DNA of 64,000 nt from a virus. Both the position numbers and the translations under genes were made by a program. Shown in pieces: positions 9,330-19,916 of this stretch. Position 1 is the first letter of the stretch. Each line of letters opens with the position of its first letter. The stretch is from positions 32,001 through 96,000 of the IMG/VR virus record IMGVR_UViG_3300027608_000014. One strand, given 5' to 3'. The notes beneath the pieces were generated by a model. The model was not told the origin of the DNA. It saw only the letters and a list, made by a program, of their open reading frames with translations, and searched no databases.

Positions 9330-10802
9330 ATGGTAATTATTGGATCAGCAGGTAACTTAGTTATCCCAAGTGGAAGGCTGGTACCCAAGGGTGGTGGCAG
9401 TGGAATTCCTATCACCTCGTTTTCGGGATCTTTTGTCGTAGGATCTATTCCAACATGCAGGGTCGGAATTCCTATTGAGTTTCTCGGTGACATTCCAGAT
9501 GACGCCACCACCAAACTATACCAGGTTAAGGTGGGCTCTGCGGGCAAAGAGTACGATATTTTTACTGGTTACATCTCAGGACGAGCTGGAAGGATAACTG
9601 GACGATCGATTGAGGCTGGAGTCAGCTTGGTACACCCAGCAAGGGACATGGACACAATGAGACTGTTGGCTCCTGGAATGCACTCTCATGGTAAAATGGA
9701 TTACTCGTATACAACCAAACCAAGTGGTGACGGAAGCAAACCGGGCACGGTTAATAATTGGTACTATAGCGGTAACAGTTCGGCGCCGCTTCCAAAGCAA
9801 ATCATCGATGGAATCATTAAGACGCTGACGTTCAGAAACACTACTACCAACACCCAAGGCCTTGGAGGCGCTAGCAAGACAATAAGTTACGCTCGTACAA
9901 TTGCCCTCCTAGGATCGATCAAGTGTCTAAATGGTGCACTAACAAGGGTTCCTTTTAGGATAGAGCATTCAATCAATACTGCTGTGAACAATGAGGTGGA
10001 GGGGTCATTTCGGACTCAGTCCAGTTTGTGGAATTCTATTGTCAATATTCTTGGTCAATTCGGACTCTACGTAATCTGTGATCACAATGGAGACACACTG
10101 GTGTCAGCTGACGTAACAAACTTTGAGCCACCTGAGAAAAATTATTTTTACTCTAATCAGATTTATAGCATGGATCAGTCCTCGTCCTTTGGCAGAAACG
10201 TCAAAGAAGTTAGACTACTAAATCAAGATCACAGATCGCCAGAGGGTGGGTCGTCTGTCTCGTTGCTGGCCACCTATAGCTACCCAGATCCACCGACCGA
10301 CCCGGATGGTGGAACTGTAGTAATTAATCTGCCGCCATGGCTTAGTCCACTTAATGATGCCACCAGGATATACCCTGGAGGTGGACCTCCTATCCCGATC
10401 TCCCCAACCAACCCATCTCCGAAGCCATCTGGATCCGTTCCCAGGCCGTCTGATGCAGCCGAAGTCAGTCAGATCTACAAGGACTTCGCCCAAGCCACCT
10501 ACAATAATGAGAGGAACAAGTGGAAAAGCATGACGTTCTCTGGTCCACTACTGCCCAATGTAACCCCAGGTACCACTGTCTGGGTTCAACCGTACAGTGG
10601 CGCTATAGCCCTAAGTAAAAAAGAGATTAGAGATGCATCAACATTCTCTGGATACGTATCCTCCGTCATGCATCGTATTGATGTAGGGAGCAAATCTATG
10701 TCCACTACTCTGACCCTTAGGAATGTCAGCAATGTGACATCAGCCCTGAATATTACTTCTCATCCCATTTTTTCAGACGTTAAGGCGTTTGTGTTGGCTT
10801 GA
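9330..10802 (+). CDS. Baseplate hub-like protein (gp27/late control D-like)
   Basis: Pattern IFTGYI...; C-terminal P.VTPG...GYVSSVMHRI...TTLTL typical of hub proteins. Tail context. Confidence 0.5.
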   Translation: MVIIGSAGNLVIPSGRLVPKGGGSGIPITSFSGSFVVGSIPTCRVGIPIEFLGDIPDDATTKLYQVKVGSAGKEYDIFTGYISGRAGRITGRSIEAGVSLVHPARDMDTMRLLAPGMHSHGKMDYSYTTKPSGDGSKPGTVNNWYYSGNSSAPLPKQIIDGIIKTLTFRNTTTNTQGLGGASKTISYARTIALLGSIKCLNGALTRVPFRIEHSINTAVNNEVEGSFRTQSSLWNSIVNILGQFGLYVICDHNGDTLVSADVTNFEPPEKNYFYSNQIYSMDQSSSFGRNVKEVRLLNQDHRSPEGGSSVSLLATYSYPDPPTDPDGGTVVINLPPWLSPLNDATRIYPGGGPPIPISPTNPSPKPSGSVPRPSDAAEVSQIYKDFAQATYNNERNKWKSMTFSGPLLPNVTPGTTVWVQPYSGAIALSKKEIRDASTFSGYVSSVMHRIDVGSKSMSTTLTLRNVSNVTSALNITSHPIFSDVKAFVLA

Positions 10803-10829
10803 CTAATTCACCTCTGATAGAGTCTATCT

Positions 10830-11660
10830 GTGCCCGAGTCTCTTGAAATCGAATCTGAAGTAGATCCCGAACAGCATGCTGCCGAAGTAGGAGCCATGCC
10901 GCATCAGGACGCCCTAGGCCAGTGGCAGAATTGGAAGCGCAAGCCTGGCCCTGAGTCCATGGCTAAGGTGCTAAACTCTGTAAGGCCGATCATCAATAAA
11001 TCAGTGTCTAAGTTTCCAAAGTACAACTCAGCCATTCTTGGTGGTGAAGCTAAGCGACTGGCTATTGGGGCAATCAAGACCTTTGATCCTGAGCGTGGGG
11101 CATCACTACCAACGCACATTTACGGTCACCTAAAGTCTCTGGGAAGATTCGCCAGTGACGTTGGCCCTGCCGTTCGCAAGAGCCGTCTAGAGCGGGATCG
11201 CACATCTGAGTACCTCGGTGCTGTTCGTGATCTAACAGAGATCAACAACCGTGAACCATCAGACGATGAGCTCAGAGATCGCCTCTTAGTTGATCGTAAA
11301 ACTCTATCCAAGATGAGACTTGCAGCTAGCGGTGAGGTTGCCGAGAGTCAGCTTGATTACCTACCCAGTCAAGAAGAGGAAGATCCAAGAGTAGGTATGT
11401 GGACCAATTATGTTTATCACGACCTGGACTCAACTGGCAAGTTGATCATGGACTACAAGCTTGGACGCAATGGGCGACCAATGCTTGGGACTGAAGCGGC
11501 TGCTGCTAAACTTGGAATGAACCCAGATTATTTAAACCGTAGAGCTGGAGAGATTTCCAAGAGAATACTTGATGGCGTAAATGCATCTCAAGCGTCTAGG
11601 GCGAATCCTAAACTAGACAGAGAGCTTGGACTAGGCGAAATGGCACTAGGAGAAGAATAA
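10830..11660 (+). CDS. Phage-encoded sigma-70 family RNA polymerase sigma factor
   Basis: Region 2 AIKTFDPERGASLPTHIY, region 3 REPSDDEL, region 4 HTH-like TEAAAAKLGM. Confidence 0.8.
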   Translation: MPESLEIESEVDPEQHAAEVGAMPHQDALGQWQNWKRKPGPESMAKVLNSVRPIINKSVSKFPKYNSAILGGEAKRLAIGAIKTFDPERGASLPTHIYGHLKSLGRFASDVGPAVRKSRLERDRTSEYLGAVRDLTEINNREPSDDELRDRLLVDRKTLSKMRLAASGEVAESQLDYLPSQEEEDPRVGMWTNYVYHDLDSTGKLIMDYKLGRNGRPMLGTEAAAAKLGMNPDYLNRRAGEISKRILDGVNASQASRANPKLDRELGLGEMALGEE

Positions 11661-12040
11661 TGGCTAAAAATTCTATACAGGCAGTTCATAAGCTAATTAG
11701 CCGACTGGGAGTGTCGTTTGGCTCTAGAGGATCAGCTCTTCAGGGTAAGAGCGATGACGAGGACTTTTTCGAGAAAGAGACTTCAATGACCGAGATCTTC
11801 GATTTGTTTGATCGAAGTGAGTACGTCTTGGAACTTAAGAAGATAGATGGAAAGGTCTATCCGATTAAAGATCGAATTGCCAACAAGAGCCCGACCGAAT
11901 TTATGGCTGGCTTGGAACGTGACGTACGCGCTAGCTATTGCAGTCGACTGGATAACTATCGCTCAGCAGCTTTATCCAAGCAGATGCCCAGTGCGTTCTT
12001 CGGTAGCTATGCAGCCATGATTAGATCAGTATCATCATAA
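11660..12040 (+). CDS. Hypothetical protein
   Basis: Start overlaps the sigma factor stop (TAATG). Confidence 0.55.
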   Translation: MAKNSIQAVHKLISRLGVSFGSRGSALQGKSDDEDFFEKETSMTEIFDLFDRSEYVLELKKIDGKVYPIKDRIANKSPTEFMAGLERDVRASYCSRLDNYRSAALSKQMPSAFFGSYAAMIRSVSS

Positions 12041-12041
12041 T

Positions 12042-12506
12042 ATGGCCATCACTGGAACGTCCAAAAACTACACGGGTCGAAAAGTAGACCTAAGTCTCTA
12101 TCCTGAGCTTACCGTCAACGGTAACAAAGTGTCTGCTGGCGCTCCGTACTCTCGTGCCATAGCCGGTCCGTCAAAGGTGGCGCAAAACTTTGCTAGAATT
12201 CTACTTACACCACTCGGCAAGTATCGAGGAAATCCAGACCTTGGCAGTAACTTCATGCAGCGTATCCAGAATGGCGCGGTGAAGTACGACGTCGACCTAC
12301 TCCACTTATTCGCTGGTGAATCACTTGGCGTCATGGATTTCATGAGCAGCAACGAACCAGAATCGTCGCCTGACGATGAGCGCATCCTCTCTGTTGAGAT
12401 GACAAAGTACTCAGCAATGAGGGGATCATTCAGTATGACGGTAGAGCTAAAAACAAGAGGCGGCGATTCCGTCTTATTTCTGCTGCCTGTAGTCTGGAGT
12501 AATTAA
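12042..12506 (+). CDS. gp25-like baseplate wedge / sheath initiator
   Basis: KVAQNFARILLTPLG..P.LGS.F motif and PDDERI; precedes baseplate J. Confidence 0.7.
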   Translation: MAITGTSKNYTGRKVDLSLYPELTVNGNKVSAGAPYSRAIAGPSKVAQNFARILLTPLGKYRGNPDLGSNFMQRIQNGAVKYDVDLLHLFAGESLGVMDFMSSNEPESSPDDERILSVEMTKYSAMRGSFSMTVELKTRGGDSVLFLLPVVWSN

Positions 12507-12507
12507 T

Positions 12508-14148
12508 ATGGCCATCATCGACTCTCTCTCTTTTGTTCCAGGCATCAACCTGAACGATCTCTCCTTTACAGACGAAGAAATCGCTAGATCTGAAGCACTT
12601 ATTGCAGAGTCTATTTCTGCACGACACCCTTCACTGGACGTTTCACCAACGACCAGCCTATATGACCTACAGGCACGCCCCGGTGCCATTGAGTATCTAA
12701 ATAACCGAGCCATGAGCCTTGCTATCCAGGCGACGCAGAGCCTCAAGGGCGTGCAAGAGAACCCTGAGCTGGCTAGTAACGATGTTGTAGACGCTATTCT
12801 TTCAAATTACAGTATTACTAGAAGATCTGGAGTGGTCGCCACGGGATCGGTAAAGATCGACGTTAGTCAAGACGTCGCGTACTCAATACTGGCCACTGAA
12901 GGATTCACCTCAGCCTCTGGAGCCAAGTTTTATCCCGATGCTGACTATCTAGTAACATCTGGTCAATCTGAGGGTAACCTGCAGCTACGTCCAGCTGACT
13001 CACAGAATGACCAATTTTACTTCATTCTTCCATTGATCGCCTCAGAGGTTGGCGTGGACTCGCAACTTGCCGACAACGTAGAGCTAGTACCAGACGTTCC
13101 TGTTCCAAACTTTATTTCGGCCTACAGTTTTGGGGCATTTACTGGGGCTATCAATGAGGAGACCAATGACGAACTGATTGCTCGAATCCCTGAGGCCATC
13201 TCAGCAAAGAACCGGGTATCTAAGGTTTCTCTGTCCTCTGAACTAAGAAGCGCATTCACTTCTGTGATAGATGTAAGCGTTCAGGGGTACGGCGACGCTG
13301 CCCTGCTAAGAGGATCAGGAACGATCCTGCCGATCAAGAGCGGTGGATTTGCCGATGTGTGGGTCAGAACGTCTTTAGCGGCCGTTTCTGTTTCTACTGA
13401 CGTAATCGCTACACTCAACAGCGTTAGTGGCACGGGAAGAGGCACTTGTAGCTGCACAGTTGCTGAGACTGATCACCCTGGACACTTCTTTGTCGCTTCT
13501 GTCAGGGCATCCGAAAGAGCAGGGTTGCTTGGAACCTACGGGGTCACTAGCCAGACCAAGTCTATTACAACATCTGGCCATAAAAACGCTTCAGTGTCAC
13601 AAGGAGCCTTTGGAAAGTATCAATCTACAGAGGTAGTCTTCGTAATCGACCCAGAAGCTGGCCAGGCATTCCCAGTTGTCGGCGAGGAGTTCTCAGTGTC
13701 AGTTGAAACTATTGGAATTCCACAAATTGACAAGATCCAAGATTTTATTGATGATCCAGATACCAGGGCTGCCGGTGTGGATTACTTAGTGAGAGCTTCG
13801 GTTCCCTGTTTGGTTTGGTTGTCACCAATTACTGTCAACGCTGAAGACGGAACTGACGAGGAAGCCATCAGAACGGCAATCTTCTCTTATATCAACAACA
13901 TTCCAATGGGAGAGTCGCTATTCATTGATGGTATCGTGATGGCAATTCGCTCAGTGAGTGGAGTGAACAATGTAATTTTGCCAATCAGAGTAAACGGTAG
14001 GATCTTCTGTCCAGATGGCAGTTCGATCAACCTAACGAGTGAGAGCATCTTGACCGCTCCGTCACGCCCAGACATCCAGGTTGTCCCGAGGACTGTGGCT
14101 TTCTACGTTTCCATTGACGACATTCCGATAAGCGTTATCCTCTCCTAA
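12508..14148 (+). CDS. Baseplate J-like wedge protein
   Basis: SLYDL..RP, ATGSV, FTGAINEETNDELIARI, GGFADVWV motifs. Confidence 0.8.
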   Translation: MAIIDSLSFVPGINLNDLSFTDEEIARSEALIAESISARHPSLDVSPTTSLYDLQARPGAIEYLNNRAMSLAIQATQSLKGVQENPELASNDVVDAILSNYSITRRSGVVATGSVKIDVSQDVAYSILATEGFTSASGAKFYPDADYLVTSGQSEGNLQLRPADSQNDQFYFILPLIASEVGVDSQLADNVELVPDVPVPNFISAYSFGAFTGAINEETNDELIARIPEAISAKNRVSKVSLSSELRSAFTSVIDVSVQGYGDAALLRGSGTILPIKSGGFADVWVRTSLAAVSVSTDVIATLNSVSGTGRGTCSCTVAETDHPGHFFVASVRASERAGLLGTYGVTSQTKSITTSGHKNASVSQGAFGKYQSTEVVFVIDPEAGQAFPVVGEEFSVSVETIGIPQIDKIQDFIDDPDTRAAGVDYLVRASVPCLVWLSPITVNAEDGTDEEAIRTAIFSYINNIPMGESLFIDGIVMAIRSVSGVNNVILPIRVNGRIFCPDGSSINLTSESILTAPSRPDIQVVPRTVAFYVSIDDIPISVILS

Positions 14149-14149
14149 T

Positions 14150-15838
14150 ATGGCTGGTGATTTTACTGACGGAATCAACTTTTCCAATTATCTTTCTAGT
14201 TTCTGGTTTCAGATGTTTTCTGATCCAGAGATGGTGATCGGTATTGGTGACGCCTATGCCCGTCAGCTATCTCAACACTATCAGGACTTCGCAGAAACAG
14301 TTAACTCCGTATCAGTAAGGGACATCGATCCATTCCACACTGAGCTAGTTTATCCAATCTTCATTCGACAGTCTGAGTTCTCAGCAGGCATAAGGCCGCT
14401 TAAATTCGGAGAAAATGCCGTTTTCGGTCCACAGCCTGCAGGAAGAACGTTCAAAGAGGGCACTACTCTAGATTTTGGACGAAAGGCAGCACTGGCTCCA
14501 GTTTACTACGCCGATCTGCCGGATGACTTAGTTGATGCAGGAACGACTATTCTCAATCGACTGCACAACCCCAGCGTAATTCTGATTAATGGGTTAGACT
14601 ATGTCTTTCAGGATGGTGTCATTGTATTCAAGGAGGACATTTTTAATAACGATTTGATCGCCAAGAGGACGACGGCTACCAGCAATGGCTCAGCTGACTC
14701 AGAGATCGTGCTATGGGCAACGAACGTTCATATCGAGAAGCTCCAGCTGTATAGAAGTTTTGGCCACCTTTTCTTTGGAAAGTCAGTCAAAGGTCCAGCT
14801 CTCAAGGCGGCTCTGAAGTCAATCTTTGCTCTATATTCAGGCGGCCCATCTATCGCCAGGCTCGACAGTTTTGTGGCAGTTGCGTGCGGATTCCCTGTAA
14901 CCGCTGAAGCCTCAGAGACCGTAATGTCAATCGAGCGCCTAGGAACAGCACAGATCGTAATCACTGATAAGGCGGCATACAGCGTAACTCCCAGCTTGAC
15001 GCTCCGTGACTCTGTCATTGTCGGAGCTACACTGACCGCAGGAAGTCCATTGACCACGGCCACCGAAGTGATCGATCGGGTATCCAGCCCTCTGTGGTGG
15101 AACGGCATTGATGGAATCACAGTTGATAAGGGGCTTATGTTGGCAGGAGTGCCGCCCCTTGGATTCTTGAATCAAGAGTATCCGGTAACACTAGACGGAA
15201 CTATCTCTATTAATGGAGTTAGTCGACAGCTTTGCAGATTTTATTTGGCTGGAACTGAGTCTGGAATAGAAGCCTTCTGGGATAAAACCAAAGAGCTGGG
15301 CATTGCATCTGATGAGTTCCTTGCCGAGATCCTGTGGACAGGCGCCAATCTAGTTGATGGAAACGGTGACCCAGATTACGATCAAGACCTGTATGTCAAT
15401 CCCATGCAGATACTCAACGATCTGATCGGAGACAGCCTCATAATCGTCAAAATCAACGAAGACATTACTAGTGATGTTGCCTCTATGTTGCGACTTCTTC
15501 GTCAGACCATCCCGTCGTTCTGCACCATTATTGTCTTAATCAACATTAACATAGAGGACTCGTATTCCCTAGTCTCAGACTCCGAGACGGCCCCAGAAAT
15601 CGAACAACTGGAGTTTGTTGATGGCAGATCTTTGTTTATCAATGACACTGCCAGCTTTGACGCTACTACTCAAGGATTCTGGGAAAATCGAGACTCAGAG
15701 ACAGGAGAGTTACTCACTAAGACACCAGAGGCTATCTCCCTTGGAATCTCTCCCTCAATCCTCGTCGATACGGTTGACCTTGGGGGCGCTTCAGTTTATG
15801 CTGAAAGTGTTACAGCTCGTCTCGAACCTACCTGTTAA
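14150..15838 (+). CDS. Baseplate wedge/structural protein
   Basis: Follows baseplate J in a tightly packed operon. Confidence 0.5.
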   Translation: MAGDFTDGINFSNYLSSFWFQMFSDPEMVIGIGDAYARQLSQHYQDFAETVNSVSVRDIDPFHTELVYPIFIRQSEFSAGIRPLKFGENAVFGPQPAGRTFKEGTTLDFGRKAALAPVYYADLPDDLVDAGTTILNRLHNPSVILINGLDYVFQDGVIVFKEDIFNNDLIAKRTTATSNGSADSEIVLWATNVHIEKLQLYRSFGHLFFGKSVKGPALKAALKSIFALYSGGPSIARLDSFVAVACGFPVTAEASETVMSIERLGTAQIVITDKAAYSVTPSLTLRDSVIVGATLTAGSPLTTATEVIDRVSSPLWWNGIDGITVDKGLMLAGVPPLGFLNQEYPVTLDGTISINGVSRQLCRFYLAGTESGIEAFWDKTKELGIASDEFLAEILWTGANLVDGNGDPDYDQDLYVNPMQILNDLIGDSLIIVKINEDITSDVASMLRLLRQTIPSFCTIIVLININIEDSYSLVSDSETAPEIEQLEFVDGRSLFINDTASFDATTQGFWENRDSETGELLTKTPEAISLGISPSILVDTVDLGGASVYAESVTARLEPTC

Positions 15839-15846
15839 ATCCATTC

Positions 15847-16434
15847 ATGAACTTAGATTGCACTGTCCTCGCCGGTCATACAAACGACAAGACCGGAATA
15901 TTCTCTCCGGTATCAACCCAGCGTAATATGGTCATGTACCAGGGCGCCGACATCATTGCTTCACTTCTCAGTGGGGATCAAAGTGCCGCCCTATCTCACA
16001 TGTACTTTCATTACTCGAATGATGGTGATACCACTCCAGCCGCTCCGCCTCTAGACAGGACCATGGGCGGAAGTTGGTTTTATGACGAAGTGGATGGTGC
16101 TGATTACTATGACTGGCTTCGCGTTCCGATCATCACCGCTCCAAGACTATTTAGGTCTCCCTCCAATTCTTCTAACTATGCGGCTAATGGCATCTATTTA
16201 ACGGCCACAGCCGCAGCGTCAGAGTCAATGCACGGAGAGAGCCCGCAAGGCAATGAGTTTGGTTCCGGCGCGTCTCCCTCGCCAAGTATTGTGTTTGCTG
16301 CCGCACTAGTCTCTGCTGCGAATCCATCCTTTCCATCGCAGGACAGAATCTTTTCTCGAGTTAATCTTGTGACACCCTTGACCACTGTTGCTGGCTCCCA
16401 GCCAACCATCTTCTGGTCTGTAAGCATCTCATAA
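15847..16434 (+). CDS. Baseplate/tail-fibre attachment protein
   Basis: RNMVMYQGADIIA...IFSRV...IFW.V pattern seen in DUF3751/gp53-like fibre-base proteins. Context. Confidence 0.45.
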   Translation: MNLDCTVLAGHTNDKTGIFSPVSTQRNMVMYQGADIIASLLSGDQSAALSHMYFHYSNDGDTTPAAPPLDRTMGGSWFYDEVDGADYYDWLRVPIITAPRLFRSPSNSSNYAANGIYLTATAAASESMHGESPQGNEFGSGASPSPSIVFAAALVSAANPSFPSQDRIFSRVNLVTPLTTVAGSQPTIFWSVSIS

Positions 16435-18656
16435 TGGCAAGTCCTCAATACTGGAAAACAAGCGTCCGTCCCATTGTGGACGGCGAGAGTGTAAATGCTC
16501 AGGTTGCTAATCGAGCGATTCAGGATCAGACCTCAAGAGAGGAGTTTCTTTACGGTCAGATTCAGAACCTTAACCTAACCAGCGGTAGAGTAGTTAAGGC
16601 TGGAGTTGCAATTCACTCTAGCGCGGCACTTTATGATATTGTTTACTTTGACACTGTCTCTGAGTCGTGGGCCCCAGCACTAGCTGAGTACACTGAGGTG
16701 GACGGTGAGCCGGTCCCAACTGATCGCTCGTTCGCAACAGGGATGATACTAAGTCTCTCAGCTGGATTTGGTGATGTTCTGCTCTTTGGACAAATTCTGG
16801 TCTCAGGAACCCTGATGGACTATGCAATCGATTTTCTGGAACTCCTGGATACCGCTGAATTCTCTCTGACCCCAGGAGCATACTATCTGTCCCGTAAGAT
16901 TGCCGGTAAGATCTCCCGTGTCCCCGCCGCCCCGACTGTGCATATTGGAAACTTCAATAGCACCAACTTCTTCTTTAATCCTAATCATAAAAGCTTTCAA
17001 GAGAGTCACTTCCATTATGCCTTTGATCTAGATTCAATTCCATCGGCTAGTCAGAACTATGACGAGACAGGATGGTTTCAGTTTGTGGCTGGTGGGACAA
17101 AGTTCGTTGATTACTTCAACCGAAACACCAACACTAGCCCGCCACTGATCATTGCCACTATCAGATGGACTGGAGCGGTCGTACCAACTGACTGTAGGGT
17201 TGAAATTTATCGATCGTCGGCTGGAAGGTTCTCAGCTGTAGTTATCAGTGACGGCATTGACTATAACAATCCTCAGAGCGCTGGGGTCTACAATGACACC
17301 GTAATCACCGACCAGCTATGGCCGCAGTACGGAGAATATATCTCTATTGGTACTACCGGACTCGAAGTCGCCTTCTTGCGTAATGACGGAGTCTATGGCA
17401 GCGGAACAAGCCTCTCGGCTGATGCTGAGTCATTAATTCCAAATGCTACTGATAAGTTTAAATTCTTTCTGCCTAACGATCTACATGGCTGGACAAATGT
17501 AAACACTCTAGACATCAACTCCCCAGTAGGAGCAGTCTATCGGTACGTCATCGAGGGGCAGAAGTTACTCGATATGGCCTTTCCGCCACTACCACTCTCC
17601 AGTGCAATCATCGAGTCGAATGGAATTAGCCTGCAGCGGGGGGAGGACTTTATCATCAGCCTGGCCGGAATCTGGTGGATCCCAAGCGATGACTATGCGC
17701 CTTGGCCATCAGACTACAGAGCTGACGGTGTTGGTATGGTGGATAACAACGCTCGCTCTCTGAAGATCCACTTTTCAAGGGCCACGACTTCAAATGTCGC
17801 AGCGGGCGTTCAGAGCCTGAGGAGTAACACTCCTGCCTTGGTTATTGCCAAGTGCCCAACTGGAGAGCCCGCAGAAGATGGACCTCTAAGTATCGATCTA
17901 AATCTTAGCCTACAGGTTGATACCGATGTTACTGAATCTAAAGATCTTGCTCTTGTCGGCGTAGACGGGCTGACGTTCCTAACCGGACCAATTGTCACTG
18001 AGCTTGTGGCTGGCTCTGGAATCGCACTCGAGAGACTGTCTTCATCACTTATCCCAAACTCATCCAGGTTTACTGGTAAGGTCAGGGTCAGCAGAATGGA
18101 TGTCAATCTTGAGGGAGAAATCTCATCAATTGCCCTTCGTAACGCCAAGGAAGAAAAGGGTTCTTTCTTTCCATACGTCTCATTCCCACCACCAAGTAGA
18201 ACCGCAAGTGGCATTACAGCCAGCTTCAAGATACCAATCACAGGCGTTACCATGGGTGGCCTAACAGTCTCGACGCAAGTGCTCGGCTCAGTCAGTGCCA
18301 CTGCTGACAGAACGGCCATATTCAAGGCGGTGTATCATGCTGTCAGACCAGGATTCAATGTCGGCACCTTCGTCGAGGGAAACGCTTTCGCGGTCCAATA
18401 CTGGACAGTGCTCTTAGCCACTGGCTATTCGGCACTTAATGTTCTGAGTAATGAGGTGCAAGGTGATGAAATCACCGCGACAACCATTGCAGCTGACTAC
18501 CCATCTTCCTTGGTTGCAATAGACACAGGAGCTACCCTTAAGGATGGAGACATCATTGCTGTAACCATCACCAGAGTAACTAATGATGGAGGATCGGGTA
18601 CAGATAATTACGCTGGTGATATTGGGTTTGCCGGTCTTCGTTGGGTAATTGCATAA
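16434..18656 (+). CDS. Tail fibre-related structural protein
   Basis: N-terminal PIVDGESVNAQVANRAIQ..SR..FL is a typical fibre N-terminal anchor. Confidence 0.55.
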   Translation: MASPQYWKTSVRPIVDGESVNAQVANRAIQDQTSREEFLYGQIQNLNLTSGRVVKAGVAIHSSAALYDIVYFDTVSESWAPALAEYTEVDGEPVPTDRSFATGMILSLSAGFGDVLLFGQILVSGTLMDYAIDFLELLDTAEFSLTPGAYYLSRKIAGKISRVPAAPTVHIGNFNSTNFFFNPNHKSFQESHFHYAFDLDSIPSASQNYDETGWFQFVAGGTKFVDYFNRNTNTSPPLIIATIRWTGAVVPTDCRVEIYRSSAGRFSAVVISDGIDYNNPQSAGVYNDTVITDQLWPQYGEYISIGTTGLEVAFLRNDGVYGSGTSLSADAESLIPNATDKFKFFLPNDLHGWTNVNTLDINSPVGAVYRYVIEGQKLLDMAFPPLPLSSAIIESNGISLQRGEDFIISLAGIWWIPSDDYAPWPSDYRADGVGMVDNNARSLKIHFSRATTSNVAAGVQSLRSNTPALVIAKCPTGEPAEDGPLSIDLNLSLQVDTDVTESKDLALVGVDGLTFLTGPIVTELVAGSGIALERLSSSLIPNSSRFTGKVRVSRMDVNLEGEISSIALRNAKEEKGSFFPYVSFPPPSRTASGITASFKIPITGVTMGGLTVSTQVLGSVSATADRTAIFKAVYHAVRPGFNVGTFVEGNAFAVQYWTVLLATGYSALNVLSNEVQGDEITATTIAADYPSSLVAIDTGATLKDGDIIAVTITRVTNDGGSGTDNYAGDIGFAGLRWVIA

Positions 18657-18659
18657 TGT

Positions 18660-19571
18660 ATGGCTGGAAATTTTCAGTTTCCTGAATTCCTAGTAGCTAA
18701 TTCTGTTCGAGCCTTCCCACTATCACAGGTTGGAACCAGACTGGATACAACTGGAGTGATCAATCTGCCGGATAGCCTATTGGTATCTGCTGCTATCAAT
18801 GCGACTCCGGACTACGTCACTGGTACTTTTTACATCTCTAAGGTCATCAGTTTACCAGACCTTGTGTCGATCGATCTGTCTTTTGCTCCTTTGTCTGGAG
18901 TTGTCCGAACTATTTGCCGAATCACCGCTCCGTCAACTCACGTAGAAAACACATCATACTCCATCACTGCGTCTGGTGAGGATGAGGCCGTAACTGGATC
19001 AATCACCATTGGATCAATCGTCAATACTCAGCAAGACCTGGGAGGGGTGTTTAACTTCAGCTCAGATAGCACAGCGTTTGAGGCTGACTGCTTGTTCATT
19101 TCAGTTGCACAGGTCAAGTATCTGGAGATGTTTAATGGGGCAACTTCTCTTGGGCAATTTACTGACGTCATCAAATTGCGTGCCGGTCGAAACATCAGAC
19201 TGCGCTATGTTGGGCTGGATACCATTGCTATCGATGCCATTGATGGACTAAACCTACTAGCTCCAGATAGCTGTGAGCAGCTGCCCGCTGCTGGAGATCC
19301 AATTCTTACGATTAATGGAATTCCACCGGATGTTTCTGGAAACTTTAAGATAGAGGGCAGCGACTGTATCGATATTGTGGAGGTAACCAATGGAATCTCA
19401 ATTAAGGATACCTGTGCGTCCTCGTGCTGTAGCTGTACCGAACTGGAGGAGCTGATGAGCGCACAGAGGGAAGTAGAGGCTCAACTACAGATTATCAGAA
19501 GTCAAATTTCGTTAGTTCAGAGCAATCAGACTTCGATGATTGTAAACCTCATTGGAAACCTACCCTCCTAA
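18660..19571 (+). CDS. Cys-rich tail-associated protein, paralog 1
   Basis: N-terminal EFLVANSVRAFP, INGIPPD..GNF, CASSCCSC and a C-terminal coiled coil. Confidence 0.55.
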   Translation: MAGNFQFPEFLVANSVRAFPLSQVGTRLDTTGVINLPDSLLVSAAINATPDYVTGTFYISKVISLPDLVSIDLSFAPLSGVVRTICRITAPSTHVENTSYSITASGEDEAVTGSITIGSIVNTQQDLGGVFNFSSDSTAFEADCLFISVAQVKYLEMFNGATSLGQFTDVIKLRAGRNIRLRYVGLDTIAIDAIDGLNLLAPDSCEQLPAAGDPILTINGIPPDVSGNFKIEGSDCIDIVEVTNGISIKDTCASSCCSCTELEELMSAQREVEAQLQIIRSQISLVQSNQTSMIVNLIGNLPS

Positions 19572-19574
19572 TGT

Positions 19575-19817
19575 ATGAGCCAAATAATCTGCCATCGGTG
19601 CGGAGAGCTAAAAGACAAAAAGCTATGTTCGCCAGTCAGGGTTTGGGTTGGGGCAATTAAGGCCAAGAAGGAAAATAAGATGCACTGCCATGACTGCATG
19701 GCTGAACTTCGAGCAGAGCAAGAGGAGAACCGGGCCAAGGACTACGACGGCGAGGACTGGAAACCTGGCTACGACGCAGATGCTGATGACGAAGAAAGGT
19801 GGAAGGATGATGAGTGA
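19575..19817 (+). CDS. Small Zn-finger-like acidic protein
   Basis: CHRC...CHDC motifs and an acidic tail. Confidence 0.5.
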   Translation: MSQIICHRCGELKDKKLCSPVRVWVGAIKAKKENKMHCHDCMAELRAEQEENRAKDYDGEDWKPGYDADADDEERWKDDE

Positions 19818-19916
19818 GAGCCTATGCACTTCTTGTTCATCATATAATCTTAAAAGAAGGCAAAGCCTTTATGTGTTTGGAATAACTCACTTAAAGAGCC
19901 AGTATTATTTTAGGCC

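Noticed and set aside
10799-10823. Sigma-70 promoter TTGACT...TAGAGT upstream of the sigma gene
   Set aside because: Spacing is only 13 nt. Other TATAAT-like boxes (5573, 28081) lack a consistent -35, so no promoter is claimed.
1-18656. Bacterial extracellular contractile injection system or tailocin rather than phage
   Set aside because: The same window has a terminase, RNR, ligase, tRNAs, tmRNA and many small phage-type genes.
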